Positions 27,024-35,162 of a stretch of DNA of 64,000 bases are shown here, piece by piece. The stretch is from Elusimicrobiota bacterium (GTDB taxonomy: Bacteria > Elusimicrobiota > Elusimicrobia > UBA1565 > UBA9628): NCBI GenBank assembly GCA_016218545.1, contig JACRDQ010000038.1, positions 66,986-130,985 on the forward strand. Direction: 5' to 3'. The notes beneath the pieces were generated by a model that saw only the letters and a list, made by a program, of their open reading frames with translations, was not told where the DNA came from and searched no databases. Numbering within the stretch: position 1 is the stretch's first letter; every line of letters starts with the position of its first letter. Both the position numbers and the translations under genes were made by a program.

Positions 27024-27835
27024 GAGCGGCCCTTGCGCTGGGGCCGCTCGGCGGGAAGCTTGCGCAGGTGCTCGGCCGCGGCCTTGGCCTCGGGGCTCTT
27101 GGGGAAGTCCAGGGGGATGGATTCGAGGTACTGCTTGGCCTCCGAGATGTTCCTCCTGAGCCGGATGAGGCAGAGCGCGTACATGAGGCGCGTGGACGGC
27201 GTCATCTTGCTGTTGGGGAAGCGCTCCAGGGCGGTCGCGAACTGCCGGCCCGCGGCCTCCCAGCGGCCCATCCCGAAGTAGGCCTCGCCGAGGTTGTAGA
27301 CCGCGACGTCGATGAGCGAGCCCGTGGGAAAGCGCGCCGCGTACTCCTCGAAGCCCTTGGCGGCGAGCTCGTAGTCCTTCTTGGCGAGCCGCACCTCGGC
27401 GGTGAGGAAGAGCTCGGTGGGGGAGGTGCCGGCGCCGACCTGGGCCACCTTGCGCTCCATCTTCTGCATGTCCTTCTTCTGCTGCTCGACGTCCTCCTTG
27501 AGGGACTCGCCCAGGGCGGAGACCTTCGTGGAGATGCCGGTGCCGACGTTGGCGACGCCGGAGCTCACGTCGTCGATCTTGGAGCCGAGGCGCTCCATGT
27601 CGCCGCGCAGGTCCTTGACGGTCTCGGTGAAGACGCCGAGGTCGGTGTGGAGCTGCTTCATCTCGACGATCATGTCGGCCTGGTTGGTCTGCATGGAGCC
27701 GATCGTCTTCTTGAGCTCGAGGACCTGGAACTTGAGCTCGTCGGCCTGGTTCTCAAGCGAGATCACGTCCCGCTGGGTCGCGACGCATCCGGTGAGGAAG
27801 GAGACCGCGGCCGCCAGGAAGAGGGCGCGCCTCAT
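27020..27835 (-). CDS. cpoB: CpoB/YbgF Tol-Pal-associated TPR/coiled-coil protein
   Basis: Begins at the internal Met MRRALFLAAAVSFLTGC. A coiled-coil region is followed by TPR repeats (AVYNLGEAYFGMGRWEAAGRQF). The 472-aa ORF in the track is a fusion artefact with the pal frame. Confidence 0.7.
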   Translation of the reverse strand: MRRALFLAAAVSFLTGCVATQRDVISLENQADELKFQVLELKKTIGSMQTNQADMIVEMKQLHTDLGVFTETVKDLRGDMERLGSKIDDVSSGVANVGTGISTKVSALGESLKEDVEQQKKDMQKMERKVAQVGAGTSPTELFLTAEVRLAKKDYELAAKGFEEYAARFPTGSLIDVAVYNLGEAYFGMGRWEAAGRQFATALERFPNSKMTPSTRLMYALCLIRLRRNISEAKQYLESIPLDFPKSPEAKAAAEHLRKLPAERPQRKGRS

Positions 27836-28389
27836 CGGTTCTCTCCGGCCTTGGCCGCGCGCCTGCGAACCTGGGTCTCGCCCCGGCGGTTCTTGGACCA
27901 GCAGTCCTCGGAGGACTCGTCGCAGACCGGCGACTCCTCGCCGTAGGAGATGGTGGCCAGGGACCCGCCGGACACGCCCAGACGGATGTAGTACTCGCGC
28001 ACGCCCTTGGCCCGGTTCTGGCCCAGGGAAAGGTTGTATTCGATGGTGCCGCGCTGGTCGCAGTGTCCCGCCACGAGCACCTCGAGCTCCGGGTGCTCCT
28101 TGATATACTCCGCGTTCTTCTTGAGGGCCTCGAGGGAAGCGTCCGTGAGGGCGTAGCTGTCGTAGTCGAAGTAGACGACGGCGAGCTCCGGGGTGGACAC
28201 GAACTCGGTGCCGCGGATGCTGGCCTCGGTCACGTCCACGCCCGGGGTGTAGGCCGGAGACTCCAGCCCGGAGCCCGCCCCGGCCGCATCGCCGGACTTG
28301 GAGCCTTTCTTGCGCTTGGCCGTGGAGCAGGAGCAGAGCCCTCCGCAGACGACCGCCAAGGCCAGACCGATGGTGAGAATCCGCTTCAT
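27832..28389 (-). CDS. pal: Peptidoglycan-associated lipoprotein Pal (OmpA-like)
   Basis: The lipobox is LAVVCGGLCSCS. The OmpA-C domain is present (VLVAGHCDQRGTIEYNLSLGQNRAKGVREYY). The stop overlaps the cpoB start (ATGA). Confidence 0.85.
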   Translation of the reverse strand: MKRILTIGLALAVVCGGLCSCSTAKRKKGSKSGDAAGAGSGLESPAYTPGVDVTEASIRGTEFVSTPELAVVYFDYDSYALTDASLEALKKNAEYIKEHPELEVLVAGHCDQRGTIEYNLSLGQNRAKGVREYYIRLGVSGGSLATISYGEESPVCDESSEDCWSKNRRGETQVRRRAAKAGENR

Positions 28390-28541
28390 ATGAGTCGACC
28401 TCCAGGAAATTGCGCCTTACGCGCGAATTAGGCGACATATGATAGCAAAATCTTGGAAGAGCCTTGGGTCCTTGGACCTAGGCCCGGCTGGGCCCTCCGT
28501 CGCTGTCCGCCGGGGATCTCCGCGGCTAGACTTATAGATAG

Positions 28542-29855
28542 ATGAACATCATGCTGGCCGCGGCGGTCCTGGCCCTGAACCTCGTCTGCGTCCGCATGGC
28601 ATCTGCGGACGAGGGACGCTGGGCGCAGGCCATGGCCGCGGCCGCAGGGGCGGCGGCCCTGCCCGGGTCATTCGACGGCATCCGGATCCCGGGCGGAGCG
28701 GCCCCCATGCTCCCCTTGCCGCGGTTGCCGGTCTTCCGGGCCGCTCCTCCGGCGGGGACCGTTCCGACGGAGGTCGCGTTCAACGGGATCACGCTTCCCC
28801 GGAGCGCGTTCACCAGCAGGGAGTCGCTCAGCGGGCACCTCGTCCGGGCCATCGACGCCGCGAAAGGCAGCCTCAAGCTCCTGCTCTACGACCTCAGCCT
28901 CGAGGACGTGGCCGCCGCGCTCCAGCGCGCCGCTTCGCGCTCTCCGTCGGTCGAGATCATGGTCGTGCTCGACCAGGGACACGTCTTCCCCAGGCGGGGC
29001 CGCAAGGCCAATGCCGTCATCACCAGGCTCCTGGCCGACCCCCGGATCCAGGCCAGGATCGTGGCGGGCTTAGGCGACTTCGGCCTCATGCACAACAAGA
29101 TCGCCGTGTTCGACGGGGTCCTGGTCAAGACGGGCTCGTTCAACTGGACGAAGTCCGCGGAGAAGTCGAACTACGAGAACGCGGTCTTCTTCGACGACGC
29201 CGAGCGCGTGGCGGCCTTCAGCGCCTATTTCGACTGGGTCTGGGCCTTGTCCGGCCCTCCCGACGCGCCCCGGCCTCCGCCCACGGTCGAGGGCGCCCCG
29301 CCCGAGGACGCCTCCCCCGGCGTGGAGTTCCACGGCGCCCGCCTGCCCGCCGCGGCCTTCTCGCCCAAGGGCGGCACGGCCGGCCGCCTGCTCGACGCCA
29401 TCGCTATCTCGAGGGAGTCCATCGACGTCGCGATGTTCAGCTTCACGAGCAAGACGCTCGCCGAGGCCCTGGCCGAGCGCAAGGCCGCGGGCGTGCGCGT
29501 GCGGGTGGTCCTGGACCGCAAGCAGTCGCGCAACGCCAACAGCGTGCTGGCCTACCTCCGCTCGCGGGGCGTCGACGTCGCGGTCATGGACGGCAAGACC
29601 AAGGCGGGCGTCCAGCACAGCAAGTACGCGGTCTTCGACGGCGCGGTCGTCGAGACGGGCTCTTACAACTGGACGGTCAACGGCGAGTCCTACAGCTTCG
29701 AGAACGCGGCCTTCCTCTCCGACCCGGGCTGCGTGGCGGGCTTCCAGGCGGACTTCGAGACGCTCTGGAGCCTGGGCCGCAAGGAGCTCCCGGCCTCCCT
29801 GGCTGCCTCGGATGGTCCTCAAGAGGACCCGTCTGAAGGCGCCGGAACCGACTAG
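28542..29855 (+). CDS. Secreted PLD-superfamily protein with two HKD motifs
   Basis: A signal peptide is present, together with an LPLPRLP leader. The two motifs are HNKIAVFDGVLVKTGSFNWT and HSKYAVFDGAVVETGSYNWT. Confidence 0.8.
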   Translation: MNIMLAAAVLALNLVCVRMASADEGRWAQAMAAAAGAAALPGSFDGIRIPGGAAPMLPLPRLPVFRAAPPAGTVPTEVAFNGITLPRSAFTSRESLSGHLVRAIDAAKGSLKLLLYDLSLEDVAAALQRAASRSPSVEIMVVLDQGHVFPRRGRKANAVITRLLADPRIQARIVAGLGDFGLMHNKIAVFDGVLVKTGSFNWTKSAEKSNYENAVFFDDAERVAAFSAYFDWVWALSGPPDAPRPPPTVEGAPPEDASPGVEFHGARLPAAAFSPKGGTAGRLLDAIAISRESIDVAMFSFTSKTLAEALAERKAAGVRVRVVLDRKQSRNANSVLAYLRSRGVDVAVMDGKTKAGVQHSKYAVFDGAVVETGSYNWTVNGESYSFENAAFLSDPGCVAGFQADFETLWSLGRKELPASLAASDGPQEDPSEGAGTD

Positions 29856-30268
29856 GCCGGCTCTTCCGGCTTGCCGGTCTCGAGGCTCCCGTCGCTCTTC
29901 TCCCCCGAGAGCATCGCCTTGACGGTCTTCCTGAAGGCGTCGAGGTGGATGGGCTTGGGCAGGAAGCGGGAATCGGTGGAGTCCGTGATCTCCGCCATGA
30001 TGGTCTCGGGCGAGGCCTCGCCGCTCATGAAGAGAATGGGGGTCGTCCTGCTGGCCTCGTTGCGGCGCAGGGACTCGTAGAGGTGCGCGCCCGTGGTCTG
30101 CGGCATGTGGTAGTCGAGGATCACGAGGTCGGGCTTGAGCTGACGGACCTTCTTCATCCCCTCCACCGGGTCTCCGGCGGAGTCGGCCTCATGGCCGTCG
30201 TGCCGGAGGACCTCCAGCAGGAGGGAAACGATCTCGAAATCGTCGTCGATGATGAGGATCTTGGCCAC
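29852..30268 (-). CDS. Stand-alone CheY-like receiver protein
   Basis: The receiver signature is MAKILIIDDD...DLVILDYHMP...FLPKP, with conserved D/D/K residues. Confidence 0.8.
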   Translation of the reverse strand: MAKILIIDDDFEIVSLLLEVLRHDGHEADSAGDPVEGMKKVRQLKPDLVILDYHMPQTTGAHLYESLRRNEASRTTPILFMSGEASPETIMAEITDSTDSRFLPKPIHLDAFRKTVKAMLSGEKSDGSLETGKPEEPA

Positions 30269-30280
30269 GAGTGGTGCGTA

Positions 30281-31303
30281 TTATACTAACCCGGCAGGAC
30301 GAAGGGAAGCGTCTGTATGGGATGAGGCGCGGTTCCAGATGAGGGCCAGGGGGCGGCCCGAGGAGAGGACCGTGGAGAGCTCGCGTGGGGCTGCCCCGCG
30401 GGACGCGCCCTTCTTCTTGGCGGCTTTCATGCGGAACATCCGGGTGTCGGCCTCGTTGATGAAGTCCGAGACGGACTGGTCGTGTCCGAGGGTCGCGACG
30501 CCGAAGCTGAAATCGAGCCCGTCGAGTTCGGGGTTGGCGCGGGCCCCTGCCACGATCCTCTCGGCCACGCGGCGCGCTTTCTCCGCGGGCAGGCCGGGCA
30601 GGAGGATGACGAACTCGTCGCCGCCGTAGCGGTAGGCCGAGTCCACGCCCCGCCGCACCTTCTCCATGATCGCGCCTGCGAAGACCTTGAGGACGCGGTC
30701 GCCTTCGAGGTGGCCCTTGAGGTCGTTGAGTGCCTTGAACCCGTCGAGGTCGATGACCACGATGGAGAGCTTGTAGCGCTGGCGTCTGGCGCGGCCCGCT
30801 TCCTGGACGATCCGTTCCTGGAAATGGCGCTGGTTGTGCAGACCGGTCAGGTTGTCCGTGATGGAGAGCTCGCGCAGGCGCCGCTCGAGCTCGATGCGGT
30901 CCGTGATGTCCTTGGAGATCCCCAGGGTCCCGATGACGCGGCCTGAACGGTCCTTGAGCAGGGAGGCCGACATGCTCACGTGGATGAGCCCGCCCGCCTT
31001 GGTCTTGAGGGCCATCTCGTAGTTGGCGACGCTGCCCTGCTTCCTCAGGACGCCCATGATGGCCTTGGCCTCGGTCAGGCCTCCGGCATAAAAGGAATGG
31101 GCGGGCTGGCCCATGGCCTCCCGCGCCGGGACTCCCAGCATCCTCTCCGCCCCGGGGCTGAAATAGATGATGCGGCCGTTGGTGTCCGTGGTGCAGATGG
31201 CGTCGGAGGTGGAGGTGACGATGGCCTCGAGGTATTCCTTGGCGCGCACGAAATCCGCGGACAAGTGGACCAGGGGCGTCGGCTCCATGTCGCGGATCGG
31301 CAT
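30281..31303 (-). CDS. PAS-GGDEF diguanylate cyclase
   Basis: A PAS fold is at the N-terminus. The GGDEF domain has active site RYGGDEF and the upstream DNLTGLHNQRHF motif. Confidence 0.85.
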   Translation of the reverse strand: MPIRDMEPTPLVHLSADFVRAKEYLEAIVTSTSDAICTTDTNGRIIYFSPGAERMLGVPAREAMGQPAHSFYAGGLTEAKAIMGVLRKQGSVANYEMALKTKAGGLIHVSMSASLLKDRSGRVIGTLGISKDITDRIELERRLRELSITDNLTGLHNQRHFQERIVQEAGRARRQRYKLSIVVIDLDGFKALNDLKGHLEGDRVLKVFAGAIMEKVRRGVDSAYRYGGDEFVILLPGLPAEKARRVAERIVAGARANPELDGLDFSFGVATLGHDQSVSDFINEADTRMFRMKAAKKKGASRGAAPRELSTVLSSGRPLALIWNRASSHTDASLRPAGLV

Positions 31304-31382
31304 ACAGAGAGTTTAACGGTCGGGGGGGAGGGAGGCCAGGGGCCTAGGGCCTTGGCACCCCGTAGGTCCTTTGACCCTGTAT

Positions 31383-31475
31383 GGGGTCAGACCCTGACAT
31401 TGGAAAATCTGACATTGACGTTGGGATGTCGAGCGTGTCCCAATGTCAGATTTTCCAATGTCAGGGTCTGACCCC
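31383..31475. repeat. 93-bp perfect palindrome (35-bp arms, 23-nt spacer) containing four TGACATTG half-sites. It would serve as a terminator for the upstream receiver gene and/or an operator upstream of the PAS-GGDEF gene.
   Basis: Left arm GGGGTCAGACCCTGACATTGGAAAATCTGACATTG (31383-31417) is the exact reverse complement of 31441-31475. Each arm carries a direct repeat CTGACATTG..(N6)..CTGACATTG. Confidence 0.9.
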
Positions 31476-31488
31476 TATCTACGGCGAC

Positions 31489-31872
31489 CTATTTCTTTCG
31501 GTGCTCTTCGAGGGCGAAGATGTGCTCGATCTTCGCCTTGAGGTCCTCGACGCTCACGGGCTTGGCCAGGTAGTCCACCGCGCCGAAGAGGAGCGCGTCG
31601 TTGACCGTGGCCGCGTCGGCCAGGGCGCTGACGATGAGGATGGGGATGTGGCCGGTCTTGGCGTTGGTGCGGATCTCCCGGGTCAGGCTGATGCCGTCCA
31701 CCCCGGGCATCATGACGTCCATGAGGATGAGGTCGGGCAGGTGTTCCGTGAGGCTCGCCCGGGCGGATTCGGCGTCTTCGACGGTGGCGATCTTGTACCC
31801 GAAGATGGGCAGCCCCTGTTCGTAGAAGTCCCGCATGGACGGGTCGTCGTCGATGGCGAGGATCGTCTTCAC
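31489..31872 (-). CDS. Stand-alone CheY-like receiver protein (GTG start)
   Basis: The protein reads VKTILAIDDDPSMRD...LILMDVMMPGVDG...YLAKP. A GGAGGG RBS precedes the GTG at 31872. The longer ORF in the track is an out-of-context extension. Confidence 0.7.
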   Translation of the reverse strand: MKTILAIDDDPSMRDFYEQGLPIFGYKIATVEDAESARASLTEHLPDLILMDVMMPGVDGISLTREIRTNAKTGHIPILIVSALADAATVNDALLFGAVDYLAKPVSVEDLKAKIEHIFALEEHRKK

Positions 31873-32360
31873 GAGCCCTCCGTGATCCAAGAGTCCAGGC
31901 TGAGCGGGGTCCGCGGCCGCAGGAGGAGCCAGAGGCAGCATCCAGCCAGGGCGGCGTCCAGGAAGATGGTCTGGCCGGGGGCCAGGTGCAGGCCAAAGCC
32001 GAAGCAGCCGCAGTCGGCCAGTTCGAAGCCCCGGCTGAAGGTGGAGAGCAGGGCCGTGATGAACGCGCTGAAAAGGGCCAGGCCGGCCGCGGCGGACCAG
32101 CGGGTGAGCCAGCCGAAGACGAGGGCGAAGCCCGCGAGGACCTCGGCCCACGGCAGGAGGGTCGCCAAGGGCGGGACCAGGGCCTGGGGCAGGAGGGCGT
32201 AGGCCTCGATGGCCGCGGCGAACTCCTGCGCAGGGGCCGATGCCTTGGCCGCGCCGGAGAAGGCCAGGGTCGCGCCCACGAGGACCCGGGCAGTCAGGCC
32301 CAGCCAGTCGGTCCAGGGCCGGCCTTGAGGCAGAGGAGGGGGGGAGAGTCTGCGGGTCAT
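31869..32360 (-). CDS. DoxX/MauE-like polytopic membrane protein (probable thiol-oxidoreductase partner of the upstream DsbA-like protein)
   Basis: Begins at internal Met MTRRLSPP. It is about 160 aa with 4 TM helices and a CGCFG motif (ELADCGCFGFG). There is an ATGA overlap with the DsbA-like gene. Confidence 0.5.
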   Translation of the reverse strand: MTRRLSPPPLPQGRPWTDWLGLTARVLVGATLAFSGAAKASAPAQEFAAAIEAYALLPQALVPPLATLLPWAEVLAGFALVFGWLTRWSAAAGLALFSAFITALLSTFSRGFELADCGCFGFGLHLAPGQTIFLDAALAGCCLWLLLRPRTPLSLDSWITEGS

Positions 32361-33004
32361 CGGTCCTTGCGCTTCCTCTCGATCCACATGGAGCCCAGGG
32401 TGGAGAGCTGGCGCGAGCCCACGAAGCGCCTGCCGGCCACGAAGAAGGTCGGAGTGGCGGAGACGTTCCTGGACTTGGCTTCGGCCATGTCCAAGACCAC
32501 GGCCGCGTCCACGGCCGGGTCCTGGATGCAGGCTTCGAAGGTCTTGGCGTCCAGGCTCAGGTCCGCGGCGTACTTGAGGAACCAGGACTTGGGCGGCGCT
32601 CCGTTCCCGCGAGGGACCCATTCACCCTGCCGTTCGAAGAGCCGGTCATGGTACTGCCAGAAGGCGCCTTGGCGGCCGGCGCACTCCGCGGCCGCTGCCG
32701 CGGCCCTGGCCGAGTGGTGCATCCGTTCCAGGGGGAAGTGCTTGAACTGCAGGCGGACGTCCTTGCCGTAGGCGGCAAGCATGGACTTCACGGTCCCGTG
32801 CGCCGCGCTGCAGGCCGGGCACTCGAAATCCGAGAACTCGACGATGAGGATGGAGGCTCCCGGGTCGCCGGTCTGCCTGTAAGGCGGGGGCTCGGAGGAA
32901 GCGGATTTGACGGTCTTGGACGCGGCCAGCACGCAAAGGGCCGAGACGGCCGCGATCGCGGCTCCGCTCAGCAGGGTGCGCCCCTTTCTGGAGGCCGGCA
33001 GCAT
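32357..33004 (-). CDS. DsbA-like thioredoxin-fold thiol:disulfide oxidoreductase (CPAC active site), possibly leaderless
   Basis: Start at Met14 (MLPASRKG...), because the first 13 codons of the track ORF lie inside the 57-bp hairpin at 33035-33091. A signal peptide is present and the active site is FECPACSA. The start codon is immediately preceded by the -10 sequence TTATAAT. Confidence 0.65.
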   Translation of the reverse strand: MLPASRKGRTLLSGAAIAAVSALCVLAASKTVKSASSEPPPYRQTGDPGASILIVEFSDFECPACSAAHGTVKSMLAAYGKDVRLQFKHFPLERMHHSARAAAAAAECAGRQGAFWQYHDRLFERQGEWVPRGNGAPPKSWFLKYAADLSLDAKTFEACIQDPAVDAAVVLDMAEAKSRNVSATPTFFVAGRRFVGSRQLSTLGSMWIERKRKDR

Positions 33005-33010
33005 GCCGCT

Positions 33011-33039
33011 ATTATAACAGTTGATGACGCCGGTGTCAG
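33011..33039 (-). promoter_or_regulatory. Sigma70-like promoter CTGACA-N17-TATAAT (extended TGtTATAAT) placed for a leaderless DsbA-like transcript
   Basis: On the minus strand the sequence reads CCTGACACCGGCGTCATCAACTGTTATAATAGCGGCATG. The -10 ends 6 nt before the ATG. The -35 lies within the right arm of the 57-bp palindrome. Confidence 0.4.
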
Positions 33040-33091
33040 GCATTCGAAAGATCCGAAAACCTTTGGTTTTCGGATCTTTCGAATGCCTGAC
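33035..33091. repeat. 57-bp perfect hairpin (27-bp arms, 3-nt loop). It would serve as a terminator for the subtilisin gene and overlaps the -35 of the DsbA-like promoter.
   Basis: GTCAGGCATTCGAAAGATCCGAAAACC-ttt-GGTTTTCGGATCTTTCGAATGCCTGAC, read directly. It lies immediately downstream, on the minus strand, of the S8 protease stop at 33100. Confidence 0.9.
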
Positions 33092-33099
33092 GCCAGCAA

Positions 33100-34329
33100 T
33101 CAGCGGACCAGCTTGGCCGCGTCCACGAGGCCGGCGCCCTGCTCTTCCGCGGGAACGTCCGGGAAGGGGGTCGCGCCGGCCTTGAACAGGGCTCGGACCT
33201 TCTCCGGCCCGTCTGCGGCCTTGGCAGCCACGGCCAGGGCGGCGAGCCCGGCTGCGTGAGGGCAGGCCATGGAGGTGCCGGAGAGCGACCGGTAGAGCCC
33301 GCCCGGGAAGGTGGATGGGATGGCCACGCCCGGGGCGATGAAGTCGACTTCAGGCCCCCGGCTGGAGAAGTACGCGACCTTGTCTCCCGCGTCCGAGGCC
33401 GCGATGGCGATGGCCTGCGGGTAGGCGGCGGGGTATCCCACCGCTCCCCCGGAGTTCCCGGCCGCGGCCACGAGGATGAGGCCCGCCTTGGCCATGGCTT
33501 CCACCGCCGCCTGGAGCGCCTCGTTGCCCCGGGAGGCGCCGAGGCTCATGTTGACGACCTGCATCTTGTTCGTCACCGTCCATTCCATGCCCGCGATGAC
33601 GTCGCTGAAATTGCCGCTGCCGTCCTTGTCGAGCACCTTGACCCCGTAGAGGGCCGCCTCCGGGGCGACGCCGACCACGCCGGCCGCGTCGTCTCGGGCC
33701 GCGATGGTGCCGGATACGTGGGTGCCGTGTCCGTTGTCGTCCTTGAAGTTCTTCGGGTCCTCCTTGTCGATGGCGCTCCAGCCCCCGGCCACCGCCCCCT
33801 TGAGGTCCGGGTGGTCGAAGTCGATCCCGGTGTCGATGACCGCCACCTTGACGCCCTTGCCCTTGGTGACGGACCAGGAGGCCGGAGCGTTGACGCGGAT
33901 GACGCCCCACGGCGCGTCCTGCCCGGCGGTCGGGGCGGGTGCCGCAGGGGAGGTCTCCAGCCTTCCTTTGAGGAACTCCGTCATGGCCGGCCAGGGGACC
34001 TCGTTGACCGCGGCAGGGGCTCCTTTGAGCCAATCGATGCGCGGGTCGTCCACGACGTTGAGGACGTCGCCCCGGGACTTGAGCCTGGCCTCGGCGGACT
34101 GCAGGAGGCTTGAGCCCGCGCGGATGACCACCGCGTTGATGAGGCGCAACTCCCGCACCACGACCCCTCCTGACTGCGAGGCGATGGCGACGCGCGCGCT
34201 GGGCGCGACGCTCCCCTTGAAGACCACGATGCGCTGGGAGGCCGACCCCATGGCATCGGCGGCGAGAGCGGGTCCGCGGAACCCCATGAAAACGGCTGCG
34301 ACGACGAGCCAGCGTGCGGCTCGTACCAT
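33100..34329 (-). CDS. Secreted subtilisin-like serine protease (peptidase S8) with an N-terminal propeptide
   Basis: The catalytic triad motifs are VAVIDTGID (Asp), HGTHVSGTIAA (His) and GTSMACPHAAGLAAL (Ser). A signal peptide is present (MVRAARWLVVAAVFMGFRGPALA). Confidence 0.9.
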   Translation of the reverse strand: MVRAARWLVVAAVFMGFRGPALAADAMGSASQRIVVFKGSVAPSARVAIASQSGGVVVRELRLINAVVIRAGSSLLQSAEARLKSRGDVLNVVDDPRIDWLKGAPAAVNEVPWPAMTEFLKGRLETSPAAPAPTAGQDAPWGVIRVNAPASWSVTKGKGVKVAVIDTGIDFDHPDLKGAVAGGWSAIDKEDPKNFKDDNGHGTHVSGTIAARDDAAGVVGVAPEAALYGVKVLDKDGSGNFSDVIAGMEWTVTNKMQVVNMSLGASRGNEALQAAVEAMAKAGLILVAAAGNSGGAVGYPAAYPQAIAIAASDAGDKVAYFSSRGPEVDFIAPGVAIPSTFPGGLYRSLSGTSMACPHAAGLAALAVAAKAADGPEKVRALFKAGATPFPDVPAEEQGAGLVDAAKLVR

Positions 34330-34451
34330 AGAAACCTCCTGTGTGACCCGCGCTCGGGCGCGGGGGAGACTCGGCGCTACATGGATGATGGCCGAGAGTA
34401 TAGCACAAAAGGAGGGAAGAAAGACCTACACGCGGCTAGGTCTTTTGGCCC

Positions 34452-35123
34452 CTAGAAGAGCCCCAGGAAGCGGTCTTCGTACTCCTCGAAGAGGCCGTAC
34501 TCGCGCAGCTTGTCCCCAAGCCGTTCCCTGGCCGCCGGGTCGGCCGAGGCCGCGGCGAAGAGCCCCGAGATCTCGCGCCGCCGGGCCTCGGCGGCCTTGC
34601 CTTCCGGGTCGAAGAGGCCGCGGCGCTCGAGGTCGCGGACGTGGACCGGGAAGGACCGCGCCGCCTCCTCGAGGGTCAGCTTCATGAGCGCCAGGGCCCA
34701 CCCCTTGTCCGGGCAGCGCAGCACCGCGGCGTGCGGGTCCTCGGAGCGCTCGACCTCGGCCAGGACGCGCTCGAGGACCGCGGGCAGCCTCTCGGAGACC
34801 ACGGTGGCGGCGAAGCCATCGTTCTTGAAGTTGTACTCGAGGACCCTGAGGAGGTCGCGGTAGGCGGCGTTCACCCAGCCCTCGAACTCGGCGGCCGTGT
34901 CGCCGAAGCCCTGGAACCGCTCCTTGAAGGAATCGGGCGTCACGATCTGCGGCCTCTCGGACACGACCGAGCCGCGGCGCACGCGCGTGCGGCCGGGCGC
35001 GTCCTCCAGAGGCGAGACCAGCCTGTAGGAGATGCGGGTGGCGCCGAAGGTCGAGAGCAGCCTGCGCGGGGAGCGCAGGACCTCGGTCCGCCGCAGGAGG
35101 GACTGGATGGCCGAGGGGTCCAT
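34452..35123 (-). CDS. Hypothetical protein, 223 aa
   Basis: ORF with an ATG start, divergent from the radical SAM gene. No recognisable motifs. Confidence 0.35.
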   Translation of the reverse strand: MDPSAIQSLLRRTEVLRSPRRLLSTFGATRISYRLVSPLEDAPGRTRVRRGSVVSERPQIVTPDSFKERFQGFGDTAAEFEGWVNAAYRDLLRVLEYNFKNDGFAATVVSERLPAVLERVLAEVERSEDPHAAVLRCPDKGWALALMKLTLEEAARSFPVHVRDLERRGLFDPEGKAAEARRREISGLFAAASADPAARERLGDKLREYGLFEEYEDRFLGLF

Positions 35124-35162
35124 GGGTTTGGTATGATGTGCTCCGACGGAGGATTATACAAC

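Noticed and set aside
27020-28438. Single 472-aa ORF covering cpoB plus an N-terminal 200-aa extension
   Set aside because: The N-terminal 200 aa are an out-of-frame read through the pal gene (Arg/Gly-rich). The real cpoB begins at the internal Met with its own signal peptide, and pal occupies 27832-28389.
31383-31475. The 93-bp palindrome as an IS element or MITE
   Set aside because: There is no transposase ORF and no flanking target-site duplication. Copy number cannot be assessed from one window, so it is reported as a palindrome or operator candidate only.
33005-33043. First 13 codons of the DsbA-like ORF (start at 33043)
   Set aside because: They lie inside the 57-bp perfect hairpin and upstream of a TTATAAT -10. 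The internal Met at 33004 yields a proper signal peptide.
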